A DNA stretch of 64,000 bases. Origin: Octopus sinensis (Eukaryota). Shown here piece after piece: positions 51,891 to 64,000 of the stretch. The translations under genes and the position numbers were made by a program. Location: assembly GCF_006345805.1 (NCBI RefSeq), contig NC_043022.1:24614001-24678000 (forward strand), written 5' to 3'. Each line of letters begins with the position of its first letter. Position 1 is the first letter of the stretch. A model generated the notes under the pieces. It saw only the letters and a program-made list of their open reading frames with translations, did not search any database and was not told the DNA's origin.

Positions 51891-52742
51891 TACATACATA
51901 CATGTGTGTGTGTGTGTGTGTGTATAAATAAGGTTTTGTGCAATTGCAGTCTATTTGTCTACAAATTTCCATTCACAAAGCATAGGACAGCCGGAAACTA
52001 TGAAAGAAGAAACTCATCCAAGGAGCGAACTGCACACATATACACACCCACGAGACATATTCTAGCGATATAAAGAAAATAAACACATGGAGGACGCCTC
52101 ACTAACTCTGCACAATGAAACTACAACAGAATATTGAAGATAATACGTGATGACACAACCTCAAAGTAAGTGATTTTAATTTCAAGTACAAATCAATACA
52201 AATAATAATTAGGATTTAACAAGCTTAACCACTTTACAGAAATAATTCCTCGCTTTATGTTGTAATCTGTCACAGGATGAGAGAGTGCCACGGGTGGGGG
52301 GTGGGGGGTTGAGGTTTACATTAAATCTTTTTTACTCCACTTCCGTTGTATATTCAATATTACAGCTTAGGCCAAAAAACCAGTGATCCTCGTTGTTTGC
52401 AAATAAAATGGTTTAAATGCCACCACAGTCAACAGAGTTAGTTAAACATTAAATGCTTAAATTAAACTGTCATCCATCATCGTTGGCATGATTTTCCCAT
52501 TCAGTATATTAGAATACATTGTACAGGCAAAATTAAGATATGAGTGAATAAGATATTAATTAGATTGATACCATAGATTATCTGTTTGTTTTATTGCATT
52601 TCTGAATAAGACACTTGACTTTACCATTCTTTCAGGTTCACCTAGCACCAATATTTGTGGGGGAATTAAATTACATGGACTAGAATAACTTTCTACGCAA
52701 AGTATAATTTCAGCATCACAAAAAGAAATATATATATATATA

Positions 52743-52958
52743 TCATCATCATCGTTTAACGTCCGTTCTCCATGCTAGCATGGGTTGGACGGTTCAACCG
52801 GGGTTCTGGGAAGCCAGAAGGCTGCACCAGGCTCCAGTCTAATCTGGCAATGTTTCTACAGCTGGATGCCCTTCCTAACGCCAACCACTCCGTGAGTGTA
52901 GTGGGTGCTTTTTACGTGCCACCTGCACAGGTGCCAGGCGAGGCTGGCAACGGCCACG
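52743..52958 (-). mobile_element. SINE family C
   Basis: Nearly identical (reverse complement) to 23515-23730. Confidence 0.88.
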
Positions 52959-52989
52959 GTGTGTATATATATATATACACACACACACA

Positions 52990-53170
52990 TCATCATCATT
53001 GTTGTTCAACCGTGGTCGAGACAATGGAATTTACCATGCTACGCCAGGCTTCACGGTCCATCATGGCATTACGGAGGTCCTGTTGATGGATGCCTGTATC
53101 CCTGGAGATTACATCAGGGAAGGAGAGTGTGCACCCTCTGGTATTGCAAGTAGATGGCTTCCAGAGGAGA
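52990..53170 (-). mobile_element. RTE-clade LINE 3' end, 5' truncated
   Basis: Translates LLWKPS...RG.TLSFPDVISRDTG...DLRNAMMDREAWRSMV, the RTE/BovB-like C-terminal DR..WR motif, followed by a (TGA)n tail. Confidence 0.8.
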
Positions 53171-54206
53171 AGAGTAGAAATTACTTCTTTATACACATAC
53201 AAATACACACACACACATATATATATAGGGGAGACAAACAGACACACACACAACGGGCTTCTTTCAGTTTCCTTCTACCAAATCCACACACAAAGCTATA
53301 GTAGAAGACACTTGCCCATGGTCCTGGAACCATGTTGTTGGTAAGCAAGCTACTTACCACATAGCCACTCCTGTGCCTGTATATTTTTAAATAAGAACCC
53401 TTTGGTTATGCTTCAGAAACCAGCTGAAATCTCCCCAAATACTTGATTATTTTCAAACTGAACCGAATTGAAACCATTACATATTTCCATTTGGAATATG
53501 GTTGGAACAGGGTTAAAAGATTTCATCATCCTGATTTTATAATGAAATGTGTGAAAATGAAGTAGTTTGTTAAGTGAAACAGCTTGAGCATAAACAAAAA
53601 ACATGATAATTTCAACAAGTTTGCCACTCATGGTGTCTTTGTCTTTGCTACTTCCTGTATAGCTAGATGATTGCTGTTGATGGTGGTAGTGGTGGTGGTG
53701 GTGGTTTAAAAGACTTAGGGAATAAACACAAAAGCAGCAGCAGCGGAGGAGGAGGAGGAGGCAGTGGAAGCAGAGTAATAAACAGTTTGTGTTATAAATC
53801 TATAACATGTCTACTAATTGAATTGAAAGAAGTTTTTTTTTTTTTAAATGTCACCTTTGAATAGCTGGTGTCTCTCTACTGACTAATAAGTGGATTTGTG
53901 AAGAGAGTATAGGAGGAGTGGTGAGGGAGGAATATTATAATCATCTCACCAGCACACCCACCGCCTTTTCCCACCATTGCCAAAGCAGAGGAGAGGTGAA
54001 AAGTGAGAGGAAGAAAGAAACAGTAAGTGTGTGTGTGTTATAGCTGAAGATATTTTTGGCATTTCCATGGATGGGAATTTACTGGTGCACTGAAGTACAC
54101 CTAGATACACACACACACTATTAAGAATGGATATGAGGAAACTCAGAGTAGCGAGAGAGTGAAGCTCTTATGCTCTGAGTGTCGGAATAACACATACACT
54201 CTCGTT

Positions 54207-54594
54207 ACTCTTTAACTTGTTTCAGTCATTTGACTGCAGCCATGCTGGAGCACCGCCTTTAATCGAGCAACTCGACCCCGGCACTTATTCTTTTGTAAGC
54301 CCAGTACTTATTCTATCGGTCTCTTATGCCGAACCGCTAAGTGACGGGGACATAAACACACCAGCATCGGTTGTCAAGCAATGCTAGGGGGACAAACACA
54401 GACACACACACGCATATATATACATATATACAATGGGCTTCTTTCAGTTTCCGTCTACCAAATCCACTCACAAGGCTTTGGTCGGCCCGAGGCTATAGTA
54501 GAAGACACTTGCCCAAGGTGCCACACAGTGGGACTGAACCCCAGAACCATGTGGTTGGTAAGCAAGCTACTTACCACACAGCCACTCCTGCACC
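54207..54594 (-). mobile_element. SINE family A, full length
   Basis: Near-identical to 10700-11094. Confidence 0.92.
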
Positions 54595-54893
54595 TTTAGA
54601 GAATGAATAAAAGGAAGCTCACAGAGATGACAGAGTGAAACACCAATGTTGAATATAGGAATAAACTTAAGGAGACAATTTGAGTACATTTTTCTTTCTT
54701 TTCTATATCTGTGTGTGTGTGTGTATGGTTAATAAATTTGCATCATAATCACAAGGTCTCAGATTCAAACTTACTGTGTAGCATCCTGGGCAAATGTCAT
54801 TTTCTCTAGCCTCGGGTCAACACTTTACCTTGTGAGTGAAACTGGGGTTGACCAGAAACTATAGAAATCCACTGAATGGATGGAGGGTACCTC

Positions 54894-55299
54894 GGATCAT
54901 TTCGGTTTGAACGGAAGTTTTTTAAAATAATTTCCATGTAACTAAACACTTTTAAACTTCATATACTGGTAGAATGTGTTTATAAAACAGCTTTTTCTCT
55001 TGGCTTTATTGAGAAAATTCTATAGTTTGTAAGATATTTGTTGTTTTTTATCTTCAATTTCTGCAATTTCAACCAATCAGTGACATCTATTGAGTTAAAA
55101 AACATTCTGTGCCGTATGAATATGTCCCTTGTTTAAGAAACAGATTGGGTTTTTTTACATTTGTGAAGAAAAAAAGATACCCTTCCCCCCACCCCTAAAA
55201 CAGATTGAAATGCAATAGATCGATACTAGGGTCATAATTATGGGTGACAATTTCATATGACACCGCTAGAAAAAACTGCCGTTCAAACCGAAAAGATCC
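54894..55299. mobile_element. MITE with GGATC..GATCC termini and 8-bp TSD (Merlin-like)
   Basis: TSD ggtacctc at 54886-54893 and 55300-55307; same family as 32489-32905. Confidence 0.9.
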
Positions 55300-55961
55300 G
55301 GTACCTCTAATCCAAAAGGCACAACCTTGTCTCACCCAGTGTTACATTGATTCTGCCTGAAAATTACATCATGGGAACACTTGGCTGTGGACTTCTCAGA
55401 CACTTACTAATGAGTAGGTAGTTCAGTTGATCAAACAACTGAATATTCATCATTGAAACTAATACAAATACACAAACACACACATGTACGTAATAGGCAC
55501 AGGCATAACTGTGGTTAAGTTCAATTCCCAACCTCATAGTTTGGGATTCAGCCTCACTGCATGGCAAACCAAAGTGCCTAGTGAATGGATTCGGCAGACA
55601 GAAACTGAAAGAGGTCCATCATGTATATGTATGCACGTGTGTGTCTATGTGCAAACATGCACACACAAAGGTGCAGACATGACTGCGTGGTAAGAAGGTG
55701 CGGGCATGGCCATGTCATAAGTAGTTTGCTTCTCAACCACATGGCTCAAGGTTCAATCCCACTGCGTGACACCGTGAGCTGGTGTCTTGGAAGTAGGCAG
55801 GAACTGCAAGAAGTCTGTCATATGTATAGCTGCATATATCTATGTGTATGTGTGTTTGTATTTGTTCCCCACCACCACTTAGCAACCGGTGTTGGCTCGT
55901 TTACATCCCTGTAATTTAGCAGGTCAGCTAAAGAGACTGACAGAATAAGTAACAGACTTAA

Positions 55962-56182
55962 CTCTTTCGTTACCAACCTGGCCGAAACTGGCTCTGGCTC
56001 TGTAGTACAAATGTCTTGTTTTCATAAGTTTTGCATCAAAATATACCAGCAAACCTTAGTCGCAATTTATATTCCTAATACTAGCTTAATGATAACTAAG
56101 TTATTTTACTAAATTCTTTGTTATATTTAAAATAATTGAAAGAAACACACAGCATCTCAAAATAAATAGAGTAACGAAAGGG
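55962..56182. mobile_element. piggyBac-type MITE family 1 (opposite orientation) inserted into a SINE A copy
   Basis: TTAA at 55958-55961 and 56183-56186; SINE A sequence resumes to ~56278. Confidence 0.85.
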
Positions 56183-56550
56183 TTAAAGCAAAAACCAAAA
56201 TGTACTGGAGTACATCCTTCAGGGTGGTGCTCCAGCATGGCTGCAGTCCAATGACCGAAACAAATAAAAATTAAAAGACGTGTGTGTGTGCATGTTTTCT
56301 AGTCTTGACATCATGTGATAGTTATACATGAGCATTGCAATCACAGAAGCAAAATCCCTCATTTCTAGTCTCTTGTGAAAACATGCCAAACCACGAACGA
56401 TGATGTGCACACATATGCACGTATAATGATATGTGCACAATTGCATATAGAACTAGGATGCACAGTCATGAAAGGATTCCTAAAATGAAGACGGTGGTCA
56501 TCAGTGGATTCAATTTGACAGCCATAATAAAAATGTGCGCCGATAAATTG

Positions 56551-56588
<38 letters not shown>

Positions 56589-57129
56589 AATAAATGCAGG
56601 ATGTTAGAAATAATAAAGCTGTGAGATGAAAGCCATCAACAGTAGTTTCTAATGGAACATCTATCTAGCCTAGCAAATGTTTCAACATTACAACAACACA
56701 ACTTGACAGCAATATATTAAACTGGAACAACAGAAAACCAAAAAAACTACAACCTGATAAGCAACAAACAAACCCTATTTCACCAACAGAAAACCCCCAG
56801 CAGAAAACACACACAGGGATAGGTTTTATATTTATAATGCATATTATTGTTATTGTCGTTATTGTTATTATTTTCTTCTGTGTGCGTGTTTGATTTATAT
56901 TTTTCCCCCTTTTTTTTTTAATCAATATACAATAAGTGAAATATTATATTACAATCACTAAAACTTTTCTCATACATCAAAACTGACAAAAAGTATTTGC
57001 TTTTTAAAGAATTGTCCATTTTTTTCTATGATTAAGTGGCTTAGCCTTCCTCTCCCTCCCCTCCCTCTCTTTCTCTCTCATGTGCATCTTGCTCTTTCCT
57101 CTCTTCTTGCTCTCCATATTTTTGTTCAT

Positions 57130-57257
57130 GCACACACAAATCTATATATCATATACATACATAACCACATATGTATGCATAGAGACACATATATATATGG
57201 ATGGATGAGATTATATATATATATGTGTGTGTGTTTGTATATATATAATATATATAG

Positions 57258-57310
<53 letters not shown>

Positions 57311-57386
57311 GTGTGTGTGTGTGTTTGTATATATATATATCTGTATATCTGTATGTTTGTATATATATATATATCTTGTATATCTG

Positions 57387-57428
<42 letters not shown>

Positions 57429-57530
57429 CAGATATACAAGAAATATACATGGATACATACAGATATATATATATCTGTATAAATGCATATGGGGATACAT
57501 AAATACACACAACACATATATGACTACACA
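57130..57530. repeat. (TA)n-rich compound microsatellite
   Basis: Seen directly; it explains the 198-aa and 258-aa ORFs. Confidence 0.95.
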
Positions 57531-59038
57531 CAGACACGCACAAGAAGACCACAAACACATGCACACCATACTCAAGTCCATTAGCAAGAGCTTTTGGAGA
57601 TGCAAAAAGACCAAAGAAAGGTGACCGACTGGTTTAGTTCCATGAGTTATTTCCAACATGTTGATAAACTGACAGATTACAAGTGAAAATAAATACAGAT
57701 GTAGAAGAATGTCAGAAAATCTGTCAGACCGCTGTCTGGGAAGAGGCAACTGGATAGGCCAAGTAAATCTCACAGATTTTTCTATGGAACTTCCATTGTT
57801 TGGAAAGAAAATAAAAGATAAAATAATAAAAGAAAAACCGGTGTGTGTGTGTGGGGGGGGAGGAGAATGTCGGTAGATGACTGGAAAGAAGAACAGCAAC
57901 AAAAATAGAGAAGAAAAAATAAAGAAACGAAGGGGGGGAAAAAAACATGCAAATATGCCGCATTTAAGAAACCGGTGAGTTGTGAATCAGCAACGAAGGA
58001 AATATTGACACTTATTGAAAAGGGGCCAAGAAGAACAGCAAATCTCTGAAAATTACATGAGTTTTTACAAGTGAAGCAAGCTAAGTAAAGATGTCACTTG
58101 TAAAGAAACATAGATTGGTGCGTTATGTGTATTATGTAACATGTGTTAAACATGCTCTGTATATATCCATATATATGTGTGTGTGTGTGTGTGTGTGTTT
58201 GTAGAAGAGAGGTAGACAGACAGAATGGTGTAGTTTGCTAACTCATTAAGATAGGAGTCTTGTTTTGTGTGTGTCTCATATTGAATTTCTTTAAAATAGC
58301 GAATGCTGAAAATTAAAATATAATTTATTTGCAAAGAACCTCGTCATTTTGTAGACAAGAGTTTTATGTTCGGTAAAGTAACAATGCAAGAAAAAACAAA
58401 GAAAACAAAATACAAAAAAAAATAAAATAAAATAAAAAGAAAGCAAAAAGTAAAGAAATTTTTGGCAAAGGAGAATAAATAATCCAGTCTGCACTATAAA
58501 TTAACTACCTCAACAGAGAGAAAGAAACTCTATGCCTCGAACTCGATATAATGGAAGGAAAAGAGTTCTAGTGAATGTTAACATTGATTTATGCGAGAAG
58601 CGGCAAGTACCTCTTGCATACAGATTACATTGTTAATGCCAGATAACGCCTAATTTGTTTTCTTAGGAAACTATGTCAAATGTCACTGCTCGCTTTATTT
58701 CAACTTGAATATGAAAATTATTTCTAAATTGTGTTTTTATTGTTACAGGGCAGATATATATACATGTATATATATATACATGTATATATATATACACTCA
58801 CATATAATATACATACACACAAATGTTACATATGTGTATATATACATATACACAATATATACACACACATAATATATATACAAACAATATATATACATGC
58901 ACATGTATATTACATGCGTATGTATATATATATATTTATATATACATGCACATATTACATGTGTGCAAATATATACACATAATATAGACACACACATGTA
59001 ATACACATATATACACATACATATTTATCTATCTATAT

Positions 59039-59091
<53 letters not shown>

Positions 59092-59367
59092 ATCATCATC
59101 ATCATCATCATCATATATATATAAATACACACACTCACATATCTACATATACAATATAATATAATTTTCTAATATAAGTACAAGGCTTGAATTTTGGGGG
59201 TAAGGGGGTAATCGATTACATCAACCTCAGTGCTTAATTGGTACATGTTTCATCAACCCCGAAAAGAGGAAAGGCAAAGTCGACCACATTGGAATTTGAG
59301 CTCACACACACACACCCAAACCTCTCTACTGTCATTAATAAGAATTAAATCTCTTCACAATCACATC

Positions 59368-59738
59368 TTTTTATCTTTTACTCATTTCAGACATTAGACT
59401 GTGGCCATGCTGTAGCACAGCCTGGAAGCATTTTCATTGAGCAAATCAACCCCAGTACTTATTTTTTATCTTTCAAAGCCTGGTACTTGTTCCACCAGTG
59501 TCTTTTGCTGAACCACTAAGTTACAGGTATGTAAACCCACCAGTTGTCAAGTAGTGGTAGGAGGCATGAAGATATACACACATAGATTTATATATGAATT
59601 TCTTTCAGTTTCCATCTACCAAATCCACAAGGCTTTGATTGGCTCATGGCTATTGAAAACAGTTGCCCAAGGTGATACCGAACCTGGAACTATGTGGTTG
59701 GGAAGCAAGCTTCTTACCACACAACCACACCTGTGCCT
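59368..59738 (-). mobile_element. SINE family A, diverged
   Basis: Tail ttttatcttttactc..ttcag and head cttaccacacaaccacacctgtgcc. Confidence 0.8.
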
Positions 59739-59910
59739 ATGTTTTCTTTTTGTTTTTGCTTTCTTAAAAAAAAAAAAAAAGAGAGTGAATGCAATCCTAG
59801 AAGGTGGTCATGGTTGGAAAACTTCTGATGTAGTACAGAGAGATGATTTTGGATGTAACAATAGTAACAACACAGTTTACAAAGAATAAAAGGTTTCACT
59901 AGCAGAGAGG

Positions 59911-59957
<47 letters not shown>

Positions 59958-60618
59958 AGAGATACTTGAGCAGATTTCTCATCTAATTTGAAAACTGTAT
60001 TCAAAATGAAGAGGAAAGCAACACAACTTAGAAGAAGATGGTTAAAAGCTACACAGTCCATTAAGGTTATTGGTCTGTTGCTGTAAATTAAACAGCTTTC
60101 AACAATGTTATCTGCACGCAGAAATAATCATGTGTTCTCATTGTTGCTATAGTTACTACATCAAAGAAATTACAAGCTTTCCATTTAGCCTAATTAGATG
60201 TAGTGAGCCAGAACAAAGACTCGGTAGTGAAGCACCAGCACTACACCAAAGGCACACTTCTCAGACATTTTCTGTTGCTCTGATTTCAAATCCAACTACA
60301 GTGAATCTTAGAGCCATACATTTATAAGGCATCACTAAAATACAATTCCTTTGATTAAACTCAGTGGACTAATTCCTGTAGGATGATGAGGGGGCTACAA
60401 TCACATCAAGGTTTTATTAATGGCAATAGAGAAGACAAGGTGGTGCCAAGCTAACTAGCTCACGACACATTATGTGGAGCTTCATTCAAGTTAGTTGTTT
60501 ATAGAACACTTGGCATATTGCTTGCTTGTTGAGTGCATAAGGCTTGAACTACCCCTTGCAGTCTCTCCAGCTAGATGGTATGTTGGTATGGGGAGTAACC
60601 AGCTGAAATACTTAGTTA

Positions 60619-60850
60619 AGGCGGTGAGCTGGCAGAAATGTTAGCACATTGGGTGAGATGCTTTGCGATATTTCGTCTGCCGTTACGTTCTGAGTTCAAA
60701 TTCCACCGAGGTCGACTTTGCCTTTCATCCTTTCGGGGTCGATAAATTAAGTACCAGTTACGCACTGGGTTCGATGTAATCGACTTAATCCCTTTGTCTG
60801 TACTTGTTTGTCCCCTGTATGTTTAGCCCCCTTGTGGGCATTAAAGAAAT
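60619..60850 (+). mobile_element. SINE family B
   Basis: Near-consensus copy. Confidence 0.9.
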
Positions 60851-61082
60851 ATGAAATAGTTATTTGCAGCATTTAAACTGGCCATATCGGGCCCAAATAG
60901 TCCAACATGTTTTTTATGTTCAAACTGACCAAAATTCAGCATCTCACACCTACCATACAATGTCACTCTAAAAATATATTAACACTTTATTGAAATCTAG
61001 AGGCAGCAAGATAATGCATGATTAATTCAAACCAATTTGTATAAATATGCTTCATGTTTGACTGAAAAATTTGAACGCTAAA

Positions 61083-61533
61083 GGCGCAGGAGTGGCTGTG
61101 TGGTAAGTAGCTTGCTTACCAACCACATGGCTCTGGGTTCAGTCCCACTGCATGGCACCTTGGGCAAGTGTCTTCTACTATAGCCTTGGGCCGACCAAAG
61201 CCTTGTGAGTGGATTTGATAGACAGAAACTGGGGCCAACCAAATCCTTGTGGATTTGGTAGACAGAAACTGAAAGAAGCCCATTGTATATATGTGTGTGT
61301 GTGTGTGTGTGTGTATCTGTGTGACTTTGGGTCTAAGCTTGTCCCTCCATATCACTGCTTGACAACTGGCACTGGTGTATTTACATCCATGTAACTTAGC
61401 AGTGCAGTAACAGTGATTGAGAAAATAAGTACCAGGCTTAAAAAATAAAAAAAATGTCCTGAGGTTGACTTCTTCAGTTAAGACCTTTCAAGGCGGTGCT
61501 CCAGAACAGTCACAACCAGGTGACTGAAACAAG
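61083..61533 (+). mobile_element. SINE family A with an internal ~40-bp duplication
   Basis: ggcgcaggagtggctgtgtggtaag head; ccaaa.ccttgt...ggatttg.tagacagaaactg occurs twice. Confidence 0.9.
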
Positions 61534-63138
61534 AATACAATATCTAGGCCGGCTTATTTGTTGTGGTTTCTGCACCCATTAACTGGTGACACAACAAACT
61601 TAAAATGTTTATCTAAGAGAGAACAGAGACCACCTTAAAAACAGTTAGACAGAGCAACTCAGGTATGAAAGGCCAGAGGGAGGGGGGCGGGAGAGTTTCC
61701 CTGTCACAAAAGTGTGGTTAGGTGTAGAGGAATGTGAAACCTGAGTAGAACTGTATAGAAAGCTACACATATCTAAGGAACAGGAACAATAATTGAAGGC
61801 AAAACTAATACCATAAAAGAATTATATGACAGATTCCAAGATTGTTCTTAGGAAGGCAACATTACCTGGGTTAAAAAGGCCGAGAAAATTTACAACAAAA
61901 GAAAGACATTAAGGGTTAGCTCTGGCTAAATTTAACTTGAGGAATTGAAGCAGAAAATGTCATAAAAATAATACTTTTGATGAGTGAGGAGGGCTGGGGG
62001 CAACCAACTCATAATAATCTAGACTTAGTCATTTAGTTCAAGCAATCCACAGCCATAAAAATTGCTTGGTCTTGGTTGATAGGAGAGAGATTAAAGTAAA
62101 TGTTTATCATATTACTGTAGGTAGAGAGGGTGGGTGGGAGATAACGAGAGAGTGGGAGTTAGCACAACAGGAGAGAGAGAGAGAGCTAATGTGAGAGAGA
62201 AGAGTGATGGCTGGAAAAAGAGAAAACTAGTATAAGAGAAAAGAACTAGAGAGAGAGAGAGAGAGAGAGTGATAGCCAGAAAAAGAAAATTAGTATGAGA
62301 GGGGGAAGAGAGATAGGGAAGGTCAGTAAAAGAGCTTGCTGCTGTGATTTTAACTAAAATTAAGGCAGGTATGGGTCACAAGTGGCACGTGACTTTTCAT
62401 GTGGTACATGCCGTGATTATATAAACTCTTAGGTAAAAACTCATAACTCTGGACTTGTGCCAAAATTTGAAACCAATATTTCCGATAAACATTTTCTTTT
62501 GTTTTACTTTCAGAAAGGGTAATTTCCTTGCCATATCACATAGGAAAGAGTGACTAAAAAATTAATGCATTAGGATGCACAATATCAGCAGCTGTCCTAT
62601 TCAAACCAAGCTTACCTCATTTTCCACTATGATCACCAAGAGACTTACAGAAAGTCAAAAGAGAATGTAGAGGCCTAGACTTCCACACTGCAAAAACATA
62701 TAATTCAAACCCTGGATGTTTTTTTTAGAAATGTGCAATATGGTCCTCAAGCTGATAGCAAAAAGACATATTCAAAGCCACAGTTCTGTGGATTACACCT
62801 AGTTATTTAGCCAACTACATATGGATCATCTTAATCAGGGGGTTGACATAGGACACAATTACAACTATACAGCAATCGGATTAAAATCTTAAACCCAAAA
62901 AGGAGAAGTCACCTATCTATATTGGTTCGCCAGTGTCTGTTCATCACTAAGTTCTCTAGCCCTGGGTCTATAAAGATCCTTATAATGATTCAAAGTATAT
63001 TGATATATGACTGATGAAAGTGACACAACATATAGGCTATCTCCAATCAAATGAAGAGACACAAATTAGATCTGGTAACAATTGTTGAGCTGAGGTGTAT
63101 GTATATCAACCAGCCAAATGAAAGAGAGGGGGGGAGTA

Positions 63139-63700
63139 CAGGGTATAATTCAAAATGAATGGGACAAAAAGAAAACATGAGTGTGGTAAAGAATATATTG
63201 CAAAAATACAGGTGTAACATGAAAGGCTAACGCTTCAAGTTTCTACTGACAATCATAGATGTTCAATGCGGGTGCCCTCTGCTACATGGCAGACACCTAC
63301 ACAATAGTATAGTTCTTGTGACACCTGTGCCAGCAGAGCCTGATGAATTGAGTCAACCAAACCACCTATCCACTACTTTAACCCATTTACGTCCTGTGGA
63401 AGCCTTTGCTTTCAGATACCCTAAAGGAAATAGTTGCAACGTATTAGGACAGGGGACCTGTGAGGGGGCCAGACTATCAATGGCACAAATCGTTCATCCC
63501 AGAATGACCAATCCAGCACATTCTGGAAGATGCTGGTTGAAGTAATTGTGTCTGTGTCTATGCTAATGTGGTGGAGCCCAGTCTTGCTGCATAATGAAGT
63601 TGGTTACCTTTTCTTCAAACTGGGGCAGGAACCAAATATGGACAGCATGTCAAAGTAGTGCACCATAGTAAAGGTGGACCATTCATTTTGAATTACCTTG
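63139..63700 (-). mobile_element. Internally deleted Tc1/mariner-superfamily transposon with transposase remnant
   Basis: TA-flanked TIRs cagggtataattcaaaatgaatgg / ccattcattttgaattaccttg. The minus strand encodes frameshifted MQQD.APPH, WIG, WP..RSP.L..CNYFL.GYLK catalytic-domain motifs. Confidence 0.85.
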
Positions 63701-64000
63701 TATATTACACCATGTCATACATAGCACTTTCAATGTAAATAGCAGTAAATAGGCACCATGGTGAAGTGCAGAATACTGTAGAATTGACGATTGCTTTGTT
63801 AGTATGCAATACTGTGTTGAATATCTTCCATGGGCAGAATTCATGTCATTCATGTAAGGGATAGTCTTTTAAACCACTCGACAACACTAAGTTGACATAA
63901 GCTCCTGCACACTGCCTCTTGACACCTCTCCAGAAAATCATTATACACATTAGGATCAATCCATCCCAGTACTACTTCTCTTGCCTTATCAGTACTTCAA

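Noticed and set aside
57028-57902. Longest ORFs (198 and 258 aa), and similar ORFs at 6900-7470, 38377-38974 and 2200-2720
   Set aside because: They stay open only because (TA)n/(CA)n repeats lack stop codons, and they translate to YI/HT/CV runs.

Overview
This is AT-rich, microsatellite-dense eukaryotic DNA. The SINE and MITE families and the (TA)n/(CA)n load look like an Octopus (coleoid cephalopod) genome, which is an inference from pattern recognition. No complete host protein-coding gene is visible, and nearly all listed ORFs are microsatellite or SINE artefacts. The window is probably intronic or intergenic. It contains four SINE families, TTAA (piggyBac-type) MITEs, two GG-terminated MITEs with 8-bp TSDs, non-autonomous Helitrons, RTE LINE fragments and a deleted Tc1/mariner element. 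The best-supported unexpected signal is a set of hammerhead ribozyme motifs in short elements inserted in (TA)n tracts, consistent with Penelope-like or retrozyme termini. One at 16354-16439 (-) has a fully canonical core, and one at 26573-26670 (-) is a minimal variant in a long stem. Other points of interest are two long hairpins, a patchwork templated insertion, and a speculative series of short minus-strand exon-like segments, two of which end in PDZ-ligand-like TAV stops.
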